A DNA stretch of 61,844 bases from an uncultured Wenzhouxiangellaceae bacterium (lineage in GTDB: Bacteria; Pseudomonadota; Gammaproteobacteria; Xanthomonadales; SZUA-36): NCBI GenBank assembly GCA_964650905.1, contig CAZYVH010000003.1, positions 18,230 to 80,073 of the forward strand. Reading direction: 5' to 3'. Shown here in pieces: positions 10,341 to 20,553 of the stretch (position 1 is its first letter; each line of letters starts with the position of its first letter). The position numbers were made by a program, and so were the translations under genes. Under the pieces are notes generated by a model. That model made no database searches. It saw only the letters and a program-made list of their open reading frames with translations, and was not told where the DNA came from.

Positions 10341-11993
10341 ATTATCTCGCAACTCGCGACGCAGTATTTTCCCTACATTGCTCTTTGGCAGGCTATCTAT
10401 GAATTCAATGTAATGGGGGCGCTTATAACCCGTCAGGTTGTCCTTGCAGAATGATTTTATGTCGTCTTCACTGAGATCAGGGTCTTTCCTGACGACAAAT
10501 AATTTCACCGCTTCACCGGAGCGCTCATCGGGTACACCGATGGCAGCAGCCTCAAGAACACCCGGGTGCAGGGCAACCACGTCTTCGATCTCATTGGGGT
10601 ACACATTGAAGCCCGAGACCAGGATCATGTCCTTCTTGCGGTCGACAATTTTGAAATAACCACCTGCGGTCATGGTTGCAATGTCGCCGGTGTGCAGCCA
10701 GTCATCGGCGTCCAGCACCTCTGCTGTGGCCTTGGGGCGTTGCCAGTAACCCTTCATGACCTGGGGTCCGCGGATACACAATTCACCGACCTCGCCGGGT
10801 TCCAGCATGAGGCCATTTTCGTCCTTTATGCAGGCTTCGGTCGATGAGATCGGCAGACCGATATAGCCGTTATAGTCTTCCAGCGTTATGGGGTTGATAC
10901 AGGCCGCAGGAGAGGTTTCCGTCAGACCGTAAGCCTCCAGCAGGGTTACACCCGTGACAGCTTTCCACTGCTCCGCAACCGCCCTTTGGACTGCCATACC
11001 GCCACCCAGCGTCATCTTCAGCGATGAAAAATCCAATTGTGCAAAACCATCGGTGTTCAAAAGGGCATTAAATAGCGTATTGACCCCGGTGATGGCGGTA
11101 AACGCATGACGGCCGAGTTCCTTCACAAAACCAGGCATGTCGCGTGGATCGGTAATCAGGATGTTGGTGCTGCCCAAATACAGGAAGGTCAGACAGTTCG
11201 CCGTCAGCGCAAAGATGTGGTAAAGCGGCAGGGCGGTGATGATGACTTCATGAAAATCACCCAGGTCGCTCAACCAGGCGCGCGCCTGCAAAAGGTTGGC
11301 AACGATGTTCCTGTGGGTCAGCATGGCGCCCTTGGCGACACCGGTTGTACCGCCGGTGTACTGCAACAATGCCACGTCTTCAAAGGCGATATTGACCGGG
11401 TGCAAGGGTAGTTTTACACCTTTGTCGAGAATGTCGTTGAAGCGTACCGCACCCGGCAGTGAGAAAGCCGGTACGCTTTTTTTAATGTACTTCAAGACAA
11501 AATTGACCAGCAGAGATTTTGGAAAATTGAGCAGGTCGCCAACACCTGTGGTGATGATAAAATCCAGCGGTACGTCTTCACGCACACCTTCCAGCACGTG
11601 GGCAAAATTCTCAATCACGACAATGGCGCGGGCACCGGCGTCCACCAACTGATGGCGTAATTCACGACCCGTATACATCGGGTTGGTATTGACCACTATC
11701 AGACCAGCGCGCAAGGCACCGAACAATGCTACCGGGTACTGCAAAATATTTGGCATCATAAGGGCGATGCGGTCACCGGACTTTAGACCCATGTCCTGTA
11801 AACTGGCGGCAAAATTCCGGGTCAGGTAATCGAGATCAGCAAATGTAATTTCCGATCCCATATTGTGAAAAGCCACACGATCCTTGTATTTGTCGCAACT
11901 CTGCTCCAGCACATCGACAATTGAATGAAATACGTTCAGGTCGATGCTTGCCGGCACACCCGGTGGATAGCTCATAAGCCAGGGTTTTTGCAT
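10338..11993 (-). CDS. fadD: Long-chain fatty acid-CoA ligase (AMP-forming)
   Basis: 551 aa. AMP-binding signature LQYTGGTTGVAKGAMLTHRN is present, along with EAYGLTETSP and the FadD-like C-terminus GKILRRELRD. Confidence 0.85.
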   Translation of the reverse strand: MQKPWLMSYPPGVPASIDLNVFHSIVDVLEQSCDKYKDRVAFHNMGSEITFADLDYLTRNFAASLQDMGLKSGDRIALMMPNILQYPVALFGALRAGLIVVNTNPMYTGRELRHQLVDAGARAIVVIENFAHVLEGVREDVPLDFIITTGVGDLLNFPKSLLVNFVLKYIKKSVPAFSLPGAVRFNDILDKGVKLPLHPVNIAFEDVALLQYTGGTTGVAKGAMLTHRNIVANLLQARAWLSDLGDFHEVIITALPLYHIFALTANCLTFLYLGSTNILITDPRDMPGFVKELGRHAFTAITGVNTLFNALLNTDGFAQLDFSSLKMTLGGGMAVQRAVAEQWKAVTGVTLLEAYGLTETSPAACINPITLEDYNGYIGLPISSTEACIKDENGLMLEPGEVGELCIRGPQVMKGYWQRPKATAEVLDADDWLHTGDIATMTAGGYFKIVDRKKDMILVSGFNVYPNEIEDVVALHPGVLEAAAIGVPDERSGEAVKLFVVRKDPDLSEDDIKSFCKDNLTGYKRPHYIEFIDSLPKSNVGKILRRELRDN

Positions 11994-12158
11994 TTTAGGT
12001 CAAACCTCTTTAATTAAAAGGGCCAGATTCCGGACGTTGCGGGACAATACTCAAGCCCCATTCTTACACGTTAAGCCACATCTTTCAGTATTTCGTTTGC
12101 CGCGCGCTGATGCACTGTTTATCATCGTGGGAGGGTCAACTGCGCAAGGCGTTGTGGG

Positions 12159-14075
12159 ATGGGTGAACAAAACGTAAAAGAACATGCCAGTGAGGCCACT
12201 CGCCAGGCTTTCATGAAGTCATTATTGGATGAAGTCAGGGCTCTGGAAGCCATGCTGGATAAGGGCATGGTGGAATCAGGTATACGCCGCATCGGTGCTG
12301 AACAGGAAATGTTCCTGATCAACAATGCGCACAAACCCACCCTGACAGCTCTGCAGGTTCTGGAGCAGCTCGATGACGAGCGTTTTACACATGAGCTTGG
12401 CCTGTTCAATATCGAAGCTAATTTATCGGTCCAGGAATTGAACGCCGGCAGCCTCAGTCGCATGGAGGCCGAGGCACAGGAAATTTATGCGCTTGCACGC
12501 AAGGCAGCGCACCACTGCGACAGCGAAATTGCCTTGGTGGGAATATTGCCCACGCTGACCAAAAAAAATCTTGGTCTCGACTCAATGGTGCCAACGCCGC
12601 GTTACTTTGAGTTGAATGATGCCATCATGGCGCTGCGTGGAGACGATCTTCAGTTTACCATCAATGGCATAGACCAATTGACGGTCAATCATGACAACCT
12701 GATGCTGGAAGCGTGCAATACCAGTTTTCAGGTCCATTTTCAGGTCAGTCCTGACGAGTTTGCGCACCTCTACAATATTGCCCAGGTCATCACCGGCCCG
12801 TTGCTGGCTGCTGCCGTCAACTCACCCATACTGCTGGGTAAGCGTCTCTGGCACGAGACCCGTATTTCGGTGTTTGAGTATTCTGTCGACGCCCGTTCAG
12901 CAGCGCACCAGACACGTGGTTTAAAATCCAGGGTACATTTTGGTGATCACTGGGTCGACAAGGGTGTAACCGAAATTTTCAAAGAGGATATTGCCCGTTT
13001 CAGGGTCATTCTGACGACCGAAACCGAAGACGACCCGTTGGCCATGGTGGCGCATGGGATTGCACCAAAACTGAAAGCCCTGTGTCTGCATAACGGTACG
13101 GTCTACCGCTGGAACCGTGCTTGTTACGGTGTACACAATGGCGTTCCGCACCTGCGTATTGAGAACCGTGTGATCCCATCGGGACCAACCGTGATTGACG
13201 AAGTTGCCAATGCGGCGTTTTTCTTCGGCATGATGTCGGGTATGGCAGCCCGGTATGAGGATGTTCGCAAGCTGATTCCCTTTGAGGATATCAAGACCAA
13301 TTTCATGGCCGCTGCGCGTGATGGTATCCGCGCGCAGATGAACTGGTTTGGCGACACCCATATGCCGGCCAGGGAACTGATCCTCAATGAATTGTTACCG
13401 TTGGCCGAGAAGGGCCTGCAATTATCCGGCATTGCACAAGAGGATATTGGACGTTACCTGGACGTGATCCGGGATCGGGTCACAACACGCAGAACGGGAT
13501 CCCGCTGGGCGCTGGAATCATTGAACGAGATGCGGGGGGCGGGTACCGAAGACCAGCGCCTGCGGTGCCTGGTTGCGAGCATGGTCGCCCAGCAGACCAG
13601 CGGCCGGCCTATCGCCGACTGGAGTCTGGCCAAGTTCTGTGAACAGATGGATTGGCGTGAAAGTTATCGCAAAGTTGCTCAGTTCATGGCCACCGACCTG
13701 TTTACGGTACGGGTAGATGATATCGTTGATTTTGCGGCCACGTTGATGGATTGGCGACACGTGCGTCACGTGCCGGTTGAAAATGACGAGGGTGAGTTGG
13801 TCGGTCTGGTTTCACACCGGGCCCTGTTGCGTCTGGTTGCCGCAGGCCGCACCGGGGGGGATAATAAGGTTACGGTCGGTGAAATCATGACCTGCAACCC
13901 GGTGACCGTGAATTCTGACGCCAGCACGGTCGAAGCCATCCGCCTGATGCGTGAAGCCAGGGTCGCCTGTCTGCCGGTCGTGGATGCCGGCAAGCTGGTC
14001 GGGCTGATTACAGAACACGACCTGATCGTCGTATCCTCATACCTGCTGGAGCAATACCTGGCCGACGAAGGGTGA
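12159..14075 (+). CDS. Carboxylate-amine ligase (glutamate-cysteine ligase family 2-like) fused to a C-terminal CBS pair
   Basis: 638 aa. The N-terminal ~430 aa resemble the GCS2/YbdK family (RIGAEQEMFLIN, FQVHFQV). The C-terminal ~130 aa carry two CBS-like modules (MATDLFTVRVDD...; MTCNPVTVNSDASTVEAIRLMREARVACLPVVDAGKLVGLITEHDL). Confidence 0.65.
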   Translation: MGEQNVKEHASEATRQAFMKSLLDEVRALEAMLDKGMVESGIRRIGAEQEMFLINNAHKPTLTALQVLEQLDDERFTHELGLFNIEANLSVQELNAGSLSRMEAEAQEIYALARKAAHHCDSEIALVGILPTLTKKNLGLDSMVPTPRYFELNDAIMALRGDDLQFTINGIDQLTVNHDNLMLEACNTSFQVHFQVSPDEFAHLYNIAQVITGPLLAAAVNSPILLGKRLWHETRISVFEYSVDARSAAHQTRGLKSRVHFGDHWVDKGVTEIFKEDIARFRVILTTETEDDPLAMVAHGIAPKLKALCLHNGTVYRWNRACYGVHNGVPHLRIENRVIPSGPTVIDEVANAAFFFGMMSGMAARYEDVRKLIPFEDIKTNFMAAARDGIRAQMNWFGDTHMPARELILNELLPLAEKGLQLSGIAQEDIGRYLDVIRDRVTTRRTGSRWALESLNEMRGAGTEDQRLRCLVASMVAQQTSGRPIADWSLAKFCEQMDWRESYRKVAQFMATDLFTVRVDDIVDFAATLMDWRHVRHVPVENDEGELVGLVSHRALLRLVAAGRTGGDNKVTVGEIMTCNPVTVNSDASTVEAIRLMREARVACLPVVDAGKLVGLITEHDLIVVSSYLLEQYLADEG

Positions 14076-14506
14076 GGGCACTTACCTTAACCCTGATAGT
14101 CTGTCTGCTGCCGGCATGCGGTGAGAAGATGACCGTTGCTCAGCGGGTCATTGCCACTCTGCACAGCATGGAGGATGCAGCTGAAAACGGCAGACATTTT
14201 GATTTCATGGCTTATGTTGCAGATGACTTCAGTGGCCAACAGGGCAGTATGGACCGCCGCGATTTTCATCGCTTCATGATCTTTCAGATCAATCAAAACC
14301 AGCGCCTGAAGGCCAATTTTCTTCCCATATATGTGACATCAACCAACGACCAGCACGCCAAGGCGCATTTCAGGATATTGGTGACAGGTGGCGCTGGCCT
14401 GTTGCCGGAGCATGGTGAATTGTTTGAAGTTGACAGCACCTGGATTCTGGATGGAGATGACTGGTTATTACAGAGCGCCGACTGGGAGTCGGTACTGGAT
14501 CACTGA
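14072..14506 (+). CDS. Hypothetical exported protein, possible lipoprotein
   Basis: The GTG start overlaps the upstream stop (GTGA). The N-terminus is MRALTLTLIVCLLPACGE, a signal peptide with a lipobox-like LPAC. No family was recognised. Confidence 0.45.
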   Translation: MRALTLTLIVCLLPACGEKMTVAQRVIATLHSMEDAAENGRHFDFMAYVADDFSGQQGSMDRRDFHRFMIFQINQNQRLKANFLPIYVTSTNDQHAKAHFRILVTGGAGLLPEHGELFEVDSTWILDGDDWLLQSADWESVLDH

Positions 14507-14561
14507 GCAACCCGGCTTAATGTGTCTCTTGGGTGCCGTGCGATGCAATGATATTTTTCCC

Positions 14562-14933
14562 CTACCTATTCAAGCGCACTGATTTGTGATAGTGAACCGT
14601 TTGCTTTTTATACAGCAGGTTCAATTCCCGCTCATAACTGAAAGTGATGATGATTGAGCCTTCCTTTTTCTTGACCTTGAAACGCTTTTCTAAATCGTTC
14701 AAATTATTTATTTGCAGCAATTCGATGACTTTTTCATGGACATCAAACGTGGATACGAAAGGATCTGTCCTGTGTGTGTCCCGTATGCTGTAAAGGATAG
14801 ATCCGACGGACTGGGATTCAACGTATTGTGGCATATACTGGAACCCGATAAATATTCCATAACCCACAATAACGATAGAGACAAGCGTGGTGAGCGCGGA
14901 TGCGCCTCTTTGTTGTATTGCCAGTTCATGCAT
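14562..14933 (-). CDS. Hypothetical small membrane protein
   Basis: AAGGAG lies 8 nt upstream of the ATG. One N-terminal hydrophobic helix is present (ALTTLVSIVIVGYGIFIGF). No family was recognised. Confidence 0.4.
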   Translation of the reverse strand: MHELAIQQRGASALTTLVSIVIVGYGIFIGFQYMPQYVESQSVGSILYSIRDTHRTDPFVSTFDVHEKVIELLQINNLNDLEKRFKVKKKEGSIIITFSYERELNLLYKKQTVHYHKSVRLNR

Positions 14934-15333
14934 ACGCTATTACTCCTTTAGCCTGCCGGACGATAGTCGTTGACCAATTCCGATTTGGTCGCGGCAGTTG
15001 GTAGTCTCGTGGCTTACGATCTCCTCGCGCCACGGTGAACCAATAAACCTTTTTACATGCTCATTTACTGGCGATTCTAGCATGATAATCCGGTCAGGAT
15101 GCCACTCGGCTTCCGGGTATATCACCCCAGGTGCAAAACTGTTTTCTGTGATTTTATGCCTGAGCAATCGACACAGTTTCCACCGAATCAAACAATTATC
15201 GGGGCGACTTGTTCACCAAAAGATATAGGTATCACCGTTGTGCACGATGCTGTACATCAATACATTTCACATCTTAGACATTCGCAACAAGGTGACACTG
15301 ACAAAAGAAGAACGTGAAGAACCGAAGGCAATT

Positions 15334-16536
15334 TCAAGCATGGGCAGAAGGGCCGCCCAACCCGGTCTGTGCTGGTAATTTCCCCTCGCTTGCGAGGAAG
15401 TTGCTAATAGCATCGGCGGCCCGAATCGACGAGGGCACATCCGTGAGGTCAAACGCCTCGGAAAAAGCCCGCTCCTGTTCTGCCCGGTAGTGAGTGGGAT
15501 CAGATTGTGTCCTTGCCAGTGCGGCGGGTAATTCATCCGGGGATTCCAGTACTTCACCCGTGGACCAGAAGCGAAAATTCTCATTGTCTCGCCAGTTTGC
15601 CTTGCTCTTGTTAAAAAACAGACAGGGTCTTGGTTCAATGAGAAATTCATAGACCAGACTGCTGACGTCACCCAGGTATATATCGGCGGCTCGCGTGTAG
15701 GTCATATCAATTGAAGCAATGCTACCGGGGTCAACCAGGATATTCTCCGCCCCTCGCACCCACTCAGGAATTGGGGGGGTCCTGCGTGGCATGCCACCTT
15801 CTGTGGATATGTGCCAACTACGTTGGTACATAAGCACGTGTGGTGCAAAAATGAGATTATAGTCCGGGCTGTTTGCAAAATACTCCAGGATAGACTCTCC
15901 CCAGTCGTACCATGATGATAGCTTTGGATTGAAATGTGGCGCATAAAGTACGCTGGGCCTCTCATTGCTAAAGAGCTTCGGTCGTGGTGTATTGCGCATA
16001 CAATCGAACTTTACATAACCGACAACGGTGTATCGGCTTTTATCCATCATGCCCTCGGCCAGCATTCGTTCCTCGTACTTGCGGCCCGGTAGCAGGTGGT
16101 AATCAAAGCGGGCAACACCCTGGTAACCTCCCGCGCGATCACCGGCACCGTGGAACGTGTTGATCATAATTGGGCAATCGTCTCCCAACCAACGTTTAAG
16201 AACGGTACTCGGTTTGTCCGGGACGACCAGCGCATCGAGTGATCGAAACAAATCGCGGTGGCGCCACAAAACGCCCAGACGCTTGGCCAGCAGTGCATGC
16301 CCCGTCAACTTGTCAAAAATACTGGCATAATTTGGGGGCTCAATAATTTTAACCTGGCAGGATGCATCGGGATAATCATTGGCGATGTCTTCAACCGCCT
16401 CAGCTTCCTCTTTAGTTGTACTGATGATGATGACGGATACATCGGGATTTCTGCGTGCGAGTTCATACGCGGTGGGGATACAGTGCATGACCTGATGAGC
16501 AGCGTCATGATTTAATAAGAAGCCAATGCGGATCAT
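15334..16536 (-). CDS. CDP-glycerol glycerophosphotransferase (TagB/TagF)-like transferase
   Basis: 400 aa. The pattern resembles the Glyphos_transf family (VLYAPHFNP..., IFAPHVLMY, ADIYLGDVSSLVYEFLIEPRPCLFFN). Its start overlaps the upstream gene stop (16533-16536). Confidence 0.5.
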   Translation of the reverse strand: MIRIGFLLNHDAAHQVMHCIPTAYELARRNPDVSVIIISTTKEEAEAVEDIANDYPDASCQVKIIEPPNYASIFDKLTGHALLAKRLGVLWRHRDLFRSLDALVVPDKPSTVLKRWLGDDCPIMINTFHGAGDRAGGYQGVARFDYHLLPGRKYEERMLAEGMMDKSRYTVVGYVKFDCMRNTPRPKLFSNERPSVLYAPHFNPKLSSWYDWGESILEYFANSPDYNLIFAPHVLMYQRSWHISTEGGMPRRTPPIPEWVRGAENILVDPGSIASIDMTYTRAADIYLGDVSSLVYEFLIEPRPCLFFNKSKANWRDNENFRFWSTGEVLESPDELPAALARTQSDPTHYRAEQERAFSEAFDLTDVPSSIRAADAISNFLASEGKLPAQTGLGGPSAHA

Positions 16537-17411
16537 AGTGTTTGTGTTCCGTTGTGAGAAAAAGCTCCCGCTACAGTATTGTATTGGAAGTGCCGGATCG
16601 TAATTCGTGGTTGCCTTCTGCCTGTTTCAATTTCAATCACATGGTAGTGAGCAACCGATTTACGTTTCCCTATGGTGGATGCAGAGGCGGCGCCGAGTAC
16701 CGGTATTGGCCCTGTCGGAGAATCGAGCGTTGCGCTTGTTGGATGGTGCAAATGGCCATGCAGAACGAGGTTAACCGGCCATTGGGCCAACAGTTTCTGG
16801 AGCCCTTTTCGGTCGGACAAGGCCTTGCTTGGTCGTGTTGCGTTTTCCTGTGGCGGGTGATGAATCAGCAACACGATGGGGCGCTGGTCAGTCTTGATCC
16901 TGCTTAGAAGTGACCCGGTCCTCTCCAGTTGCGCCTGTCCTAAACGGCCAAGCGATACTGCAGGCGGCGTTGCCACCGCGCTCGAAAGGCCGATGATATC
17001 CACCGGACCACGCCTGTGCAGATAAGGAAAGCCGGTCTGACCTTCATCATCCTGCATCCAGGGTGACCATTTTTCCAATGCGTAGTCCAATGCCCCTGGC
17101 ACATAGGCGTCATGATTCCCGGGAATGACACTGATCTGCCGGGCATCGCCCAGTTTGGAAATCCAGACAGCTGCATTGTCAACCTCGGCAGGAAGCGTGG
17201 TGAATGTCATATCACCGGTAATGCATATATGGTCGGGGTTGATCCTGGCAAGGTGTGATTGTAAGGCATCAAGAATGCTTTGCTGATGCTCTTTTTTCCA
17301 CTTGTAGTACCAGGATAACAGGCCCAATAGTCTCTTGTCGGCCAACTGTCTCAAACCAAGGCGTGGTAATGGAGGGATGTGTAAATCGGAGATATGTGCA
17401 ATTCGGTACAT
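16533..17411 (-). CDS. Calcineurin-like metallophosphoesterase
   Basis: All canonical motifs are present: ISDLH, ITGDM, PGNHD, LLIHHP and LHGHLHH. Confidence 0.75.
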   Translation of the reverse strand: MYRIAHISDLHIPPLPRLGLRQLADKRLLGLLSWYYKWKKEHQQSILDALQSHLARINPDHICITGDMTFTTLPAEVDNAAVWISKLGDARQISVIPGNHDAYVPGALDYALEKWSPWMQDDEGQTGFPYLHRRGPVDIIGLSSAVATPPAVSLGRLGQAQLERTGSLLSRIKTDQRPIVLLIHHPPQENATRPSKALSDRKGLQKLLAQWPVNLVLHGHLHHPTSATLDSPTGPIPVLGAASASTIGKRKSVAHYHVIEIETGRRQPRITIRHFQYNTVAGAFSHNGTQTL

Positions 17412-17424
17412 GGTGTTGCAGCGT

Positions 17425-18237
17425 TTATCCAGACTGTTGCCGGCGCGCCCTTAGTGTCCGCTCACTGAATTCAAAAGTTGTGGGGTTGTCAACATCAATG
17501 GGTCCAAAGGCAAATGGCAATATGACGGTATCCACAGTAAAGCCGAGCTTGTGTGCAATTCGACTGACAAATCTGTCGAGAGCAAGCAGACGCCACTTGT
17601 AAAGGATCAGTGGCAAAACACCAAAAATCCTTAGCATGCGCCACGGGTGTTTTCTGAATTGCCCCCCGGTTCGAAATATTTTCGCACCTTCAAACGCGTG
17701 AGGTGAGCGAATGCCAAAAAGATTGCAAAAGGAATATCCACCATCACGGAACTGGAAAAAGCCAAATTTTCCGTCCGGAAACTCCGCCATCACCGTACTT
17801 TGCCGGGCCACCGCAACCGCAACATCGGCCGTGCCGGCAATAAATCTGGACACGAAATAACGTACCAGTTCAGGCGTATGCAAAGCATTATCGGCAGTCG
17901 TGATGACCAAAGGCACGGGCTCCTCAACGGTTTCGCCAACACGGATCACACTATCGGTAAGGGTCCCGGAGCTTGGCACGACCTCGATCACGCCTTTAGC
18001 AAGCCAGCGCCGCGTCACAGCCAGGTTCTCCAATACTTTCTGGTCTTCAATAGAGACCAGGATACGTTTGAAGCAGCCACTCTCAAGCAGGGCTTGCACC
18101 ACCCGTTCAATCATTGCGACACCGTCGATTTCGACCAGGCACTTATGAGATTTATTCTGTATCCTGGCTACAGCATCATCAACACCTCGCCGGCTGGCCG
18201 CCATCACCAGTGCCGTCAATGGTGGTGCAGACATCAT
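17425..18237 (-). CDS. MobA-like nucleotidyltransferase (NTP_transf_3-type)
   Basis: The N-terminus TALVMAASRRGVDD...KCLVEIDGVAMIERV fits the nucleotidyltransferase glycine-rich/Arg loop. ATG at 18237 forms an ATGA overlap with the upstream MmgE/PrpD stop. The ORF-track start at 18282 is not required. Confidence 0.6.
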   Translation of the reverse strand: MMSAPPLTALVMAASRRGVDDAVARIQNKSHKCLVEIDGVAMIERVVQALLESGCFKRILVSIEDQKVLENLAVTRRWLAKGVIEVVPSSGTLTDSVIRVGETVEEPVPLVITTADNALHTPELVRYFVSRFIAGTADVAVAVARQSTVMAEFPDGKFGFFQFRDGGYSFCNLFGIRSPHAFEGAKIFRTGGQFRKHPWRMLRIFGVLPLILYKWRLLALDRFVSRIAHKLGFTVDTVILPFAFGPIDVDNPTTFEFSERTLRARRQQSG

Positions 18238-19655
18238 ACCGGACCGGATGGGCCGGCAGGTTTCAAATCCACTGCCATACACTCGGTCAATTCACCGGCA
18301 GTTGACATAGAGGGAAAATCTTCCAATGCCTGTCTGAGCCGATTTTGATCAACTTGTGACATCACAAAACTGGTGCACTGCTCAAATTTTTTCCAGTATT
18401 GTGACGTCGGAAAAGGGGATAGTTTTCCACCCAGCGCCATGAACACAGATTTCTCAAGTACCTGACCGTCCCTGAGGGTGATTCGTACAGTCGTGTCCAT
18501 TTCCGTTTCGGGCACGTCCACCGGATGACGGTGTATACGTTCAAACAAGCTACGATGCTGTGGGCGGTTAACCGCCTCATCGGTGAAATCAGCAAGTGTA
18601 CACTCACCTTGAATTATCGCACAGGACAATGGATACTCAACAGAGAATTTTCCTTGCAATCCAGCCTCAGGTCGTTGATACATAAGATTTTTAAGGTGCA
18701 TAGCCGGTGCGTGAACATCAACGCGCTCGATATCTTCAGGCCCGAATCCATGCTGTTCACGCAGCCCAAGTACACAGTCCAGGGAGCGGTGTGCACTGCC
18801 GCAGGTCGGGAAGCGTTTGACCCGAAAAGCGTGCTCTGTGATCAGTAACGGTTCACCGATGGATTCCGTTTCAAAGGTCAACGTCTGCCCGTGCTCAGGT
18901 ACCCCGATAGCGGCACGCAAGGCCTCCCTGTCAGGCCCCACCATGAGCGTGTTCATACCGATAGGGCTATCCAGGGTGTGCCAACCGGCCGTCATACCAT
19001 CCAGCGCAAAAAATGCTGACTGGATACCGCCCATCGCGGCCTGGCCAGCATGCAGTGGCTTGGCCATGGTGCCGAATTGAGACATAAAACCACCGGCTGT
19101 GCTGGTTGCCAGTGACAATGCCATGGCTGCCCCTGTGGCATCAAGCCGAAGTAATCTGGCGGTGGCGGCCGCAGCTCCCATGGAACCCATGGTGGCGGTC
19201 GAATGCCAACCGCGCTTGCGATGTGTCGGGTTTACACCCTGACCAATGCGGCCCTGGATCTGCAGTGCGACAATGTAGGCATCCAGGCAGTCCTGCGGTG
19301 AGCTGCCAAGTTGCTCTGCAACACCCAGGATCGTCGGCCATAGTACTGTAGAAATATGAGATTTGGCCGGGTCAAAATTGTCATCAAAGTCCAGGGCATG
19401 GCCAGCAGTCCCATTGTGTAAGGCTGCCCAGGGCAGGGCAAGCTTTTGCGTAGAACCGACAACCGTGCTCTTCCCCGGACCCCATTCGGATACGCGTGCC
19501 AGAACCTTGCGTGCGGCTGGCGTTACCGAGCCGGGCATGATCACCGCGACGGTATCGATGAGCTCCCGATGTGCTGATATAAGTGCTGGTTCTGGCCATA
19601 TGTTGTCGACGCAGGCAATCCAGCTGCCGTAGGCCTTCAAGGGGTTAACGGTCAT
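18234..19655 (-). CDS. MmgE/PrpD-family protein (2-methylcitrate dehydratase-like fold)
   Basis: 473 aa with family-typical segments (HALDFDD, GWHSTATMGSMGAAAA, AKPLHAGQAAMGG). No prpB or prpC is adjacent. Confidence 0.8.
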   Translation of the reverse strand: MTVNPLKAYGSWIACVDNIWPEPALISAHRELIDTVAVIMPGSVTPAARKVLARVSEWGPGKSTVVGSTQKLALPWAALHNGTAGHALDFDDNFDPAKSHISTVLWPTILGVAEQLGSSPQDCLDAYIVALQIQGRIGQGVNPTHRKRGWHSTATMGSMGAAAATARLLRLDATGAAMALSLATSTAGGFMSQFGTMAKPLHAGQAAMGGIQSAFFALDGMTAGWHTLDSPIGMNTLMVGPDREALRAAIGVPEHGQTLTFETESIGEPLLITEHAFRVKRFPTCGSAHRSLDCVLGLREQHGFGPEDIERVDVHAPAMHLKNLMYQRPEAGLQGKFSVEYPLSCAIIQGECTLADFTDEAVNRPQHRSLFERIHRHPVDVPETEMDTTVRITLRDGQVLEKSVFMALGGKLSPFPTSQYWKKFEQCTSFVMSQVDQNRLRQALEDFPSMSTAGELTECMAVDLKPAGPSGPV

Positions 19656-19745
19656 AAAGAACCTTTGGGTATTGGTTGACCGGCATTCGAAATGCTTTTC
19701 GAATGCCGGGAGTGAATCATGATGTGCTACCGGTAGAGGTATTAG

Positions 19746-20498
19746 CTAACCTTTTTTTGCCAGACCCCAATAACCGGAAAGAATGCGTTCGCCGTAGTCA
19801 CCTCTGTCTGTTTCGGAGGTTATCCGTTTACCGATTCCGGAAATATTATTCGAATGCATACGGTAATAGAATAATGGCTCGGCAATATGAAAACCCGTCC
19901 AGCCATTGTTTACGATACGACACCATTTGTGGTGCTTGGTCGCGACTTTGATGCTTACATCGAAGGGCATTACCTCGGTAAACGCGCGCGTTAACATCAA
20001 AGCAGGTTCGGGCAGAAAACTCAGTTTTTCTACCAGGCTACGCTTGAAAGCGGTTGAACGACCGCGATTAATTTGCTTACCATTCTCATCAACCAGGGTA
20101 CAGTCGCTATAAATAAAACCAAGATTGGGGTCGCGTAAGCGCTTTTGCCTCAATTCGGCAATACAACGACTGGCATAACCGGGGCTGAGCCAGTCATCAG
20201 CGTCCAATGTAATCAGGAATTCACCACCAAGATGTTCCTGTGCTGCATTGACCGCACCCAGTTTTCCCTGGTTTTGTTCCAGGATTATCAGTTTGCAGTG
20301 TTGCAGTTTGGTGTTTTCGTCAAATTTCTTTTTAATAATGGCAACAGAATCATCGGTACTGCCATCATCTACAACAATAAGTTCTATAGCCGGGTAATCT
20401 TGAGCAAAGATGCTGTCAATCGCTTTGCCTATGTACTCCCCGTAGTTATGGTTGGGGATTAAAATCGTAAGAAGATGGTCTTTGAATGAACCGGTCAT
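19746..20498 (-). CDS. Family 2 glycosyltransferase
   Basis: The internal ATG at 20498 gives MTGSFKDHLLTILIPNHNYGEYIGKAIDSIFAQDYPAIELIVVDDGSTDDS. A DxD motif follows (TLDADDW). Confidence 0.8.
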   Translation of the reverse strand: MTGSFKDHLLTILIPNHNYGEYIGKAIDSIFAQDYPAIELIVVDDGSTDDSVAIIKKKFDENTKLQHCKLIILEQNQGKLGAVNAAQEHLGGEFLITLDADDWLSPGYASRCIAELRQKRLRDPNLGFIYSDCTLVDENGKQINRGRSTAFKRSLVEKLSFLPEPALMLTRAFTEVMPFDVSIKVATKHHKWCRIVNNGWTGFHIAEPLFYYRMHSNNISGIGKRITSETDRGDYGERILSGYWGLAKKG

Positions 20499-20553
20499 TT
20501 TTAATGTTTCCACGTTACACAAGCGTACTATTTTAACATAAAAGGTTGCAAAG

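Noticed and set aside
14940-15191. An 83-aa minus-strand ORF in the 400-bp gap upstream of the 14562-14933 gene.
   Set aside because: It has a TTG start, no Shine-Dalgarno sequence and no recognisable motif. It cannot be supported from sequence alone, although a small gene here is not excluded.
18234-19655. Calling the MmgE/PrpD-family gene a bona fide prpD (2-methylcitrate dehydratase).
   Set aside because: No prpB, prpC or acnD/prpF neighbours are present. It is embedded in and translationally coupled to surface-polymer genes, and a full methylmalonyl pathway is present.
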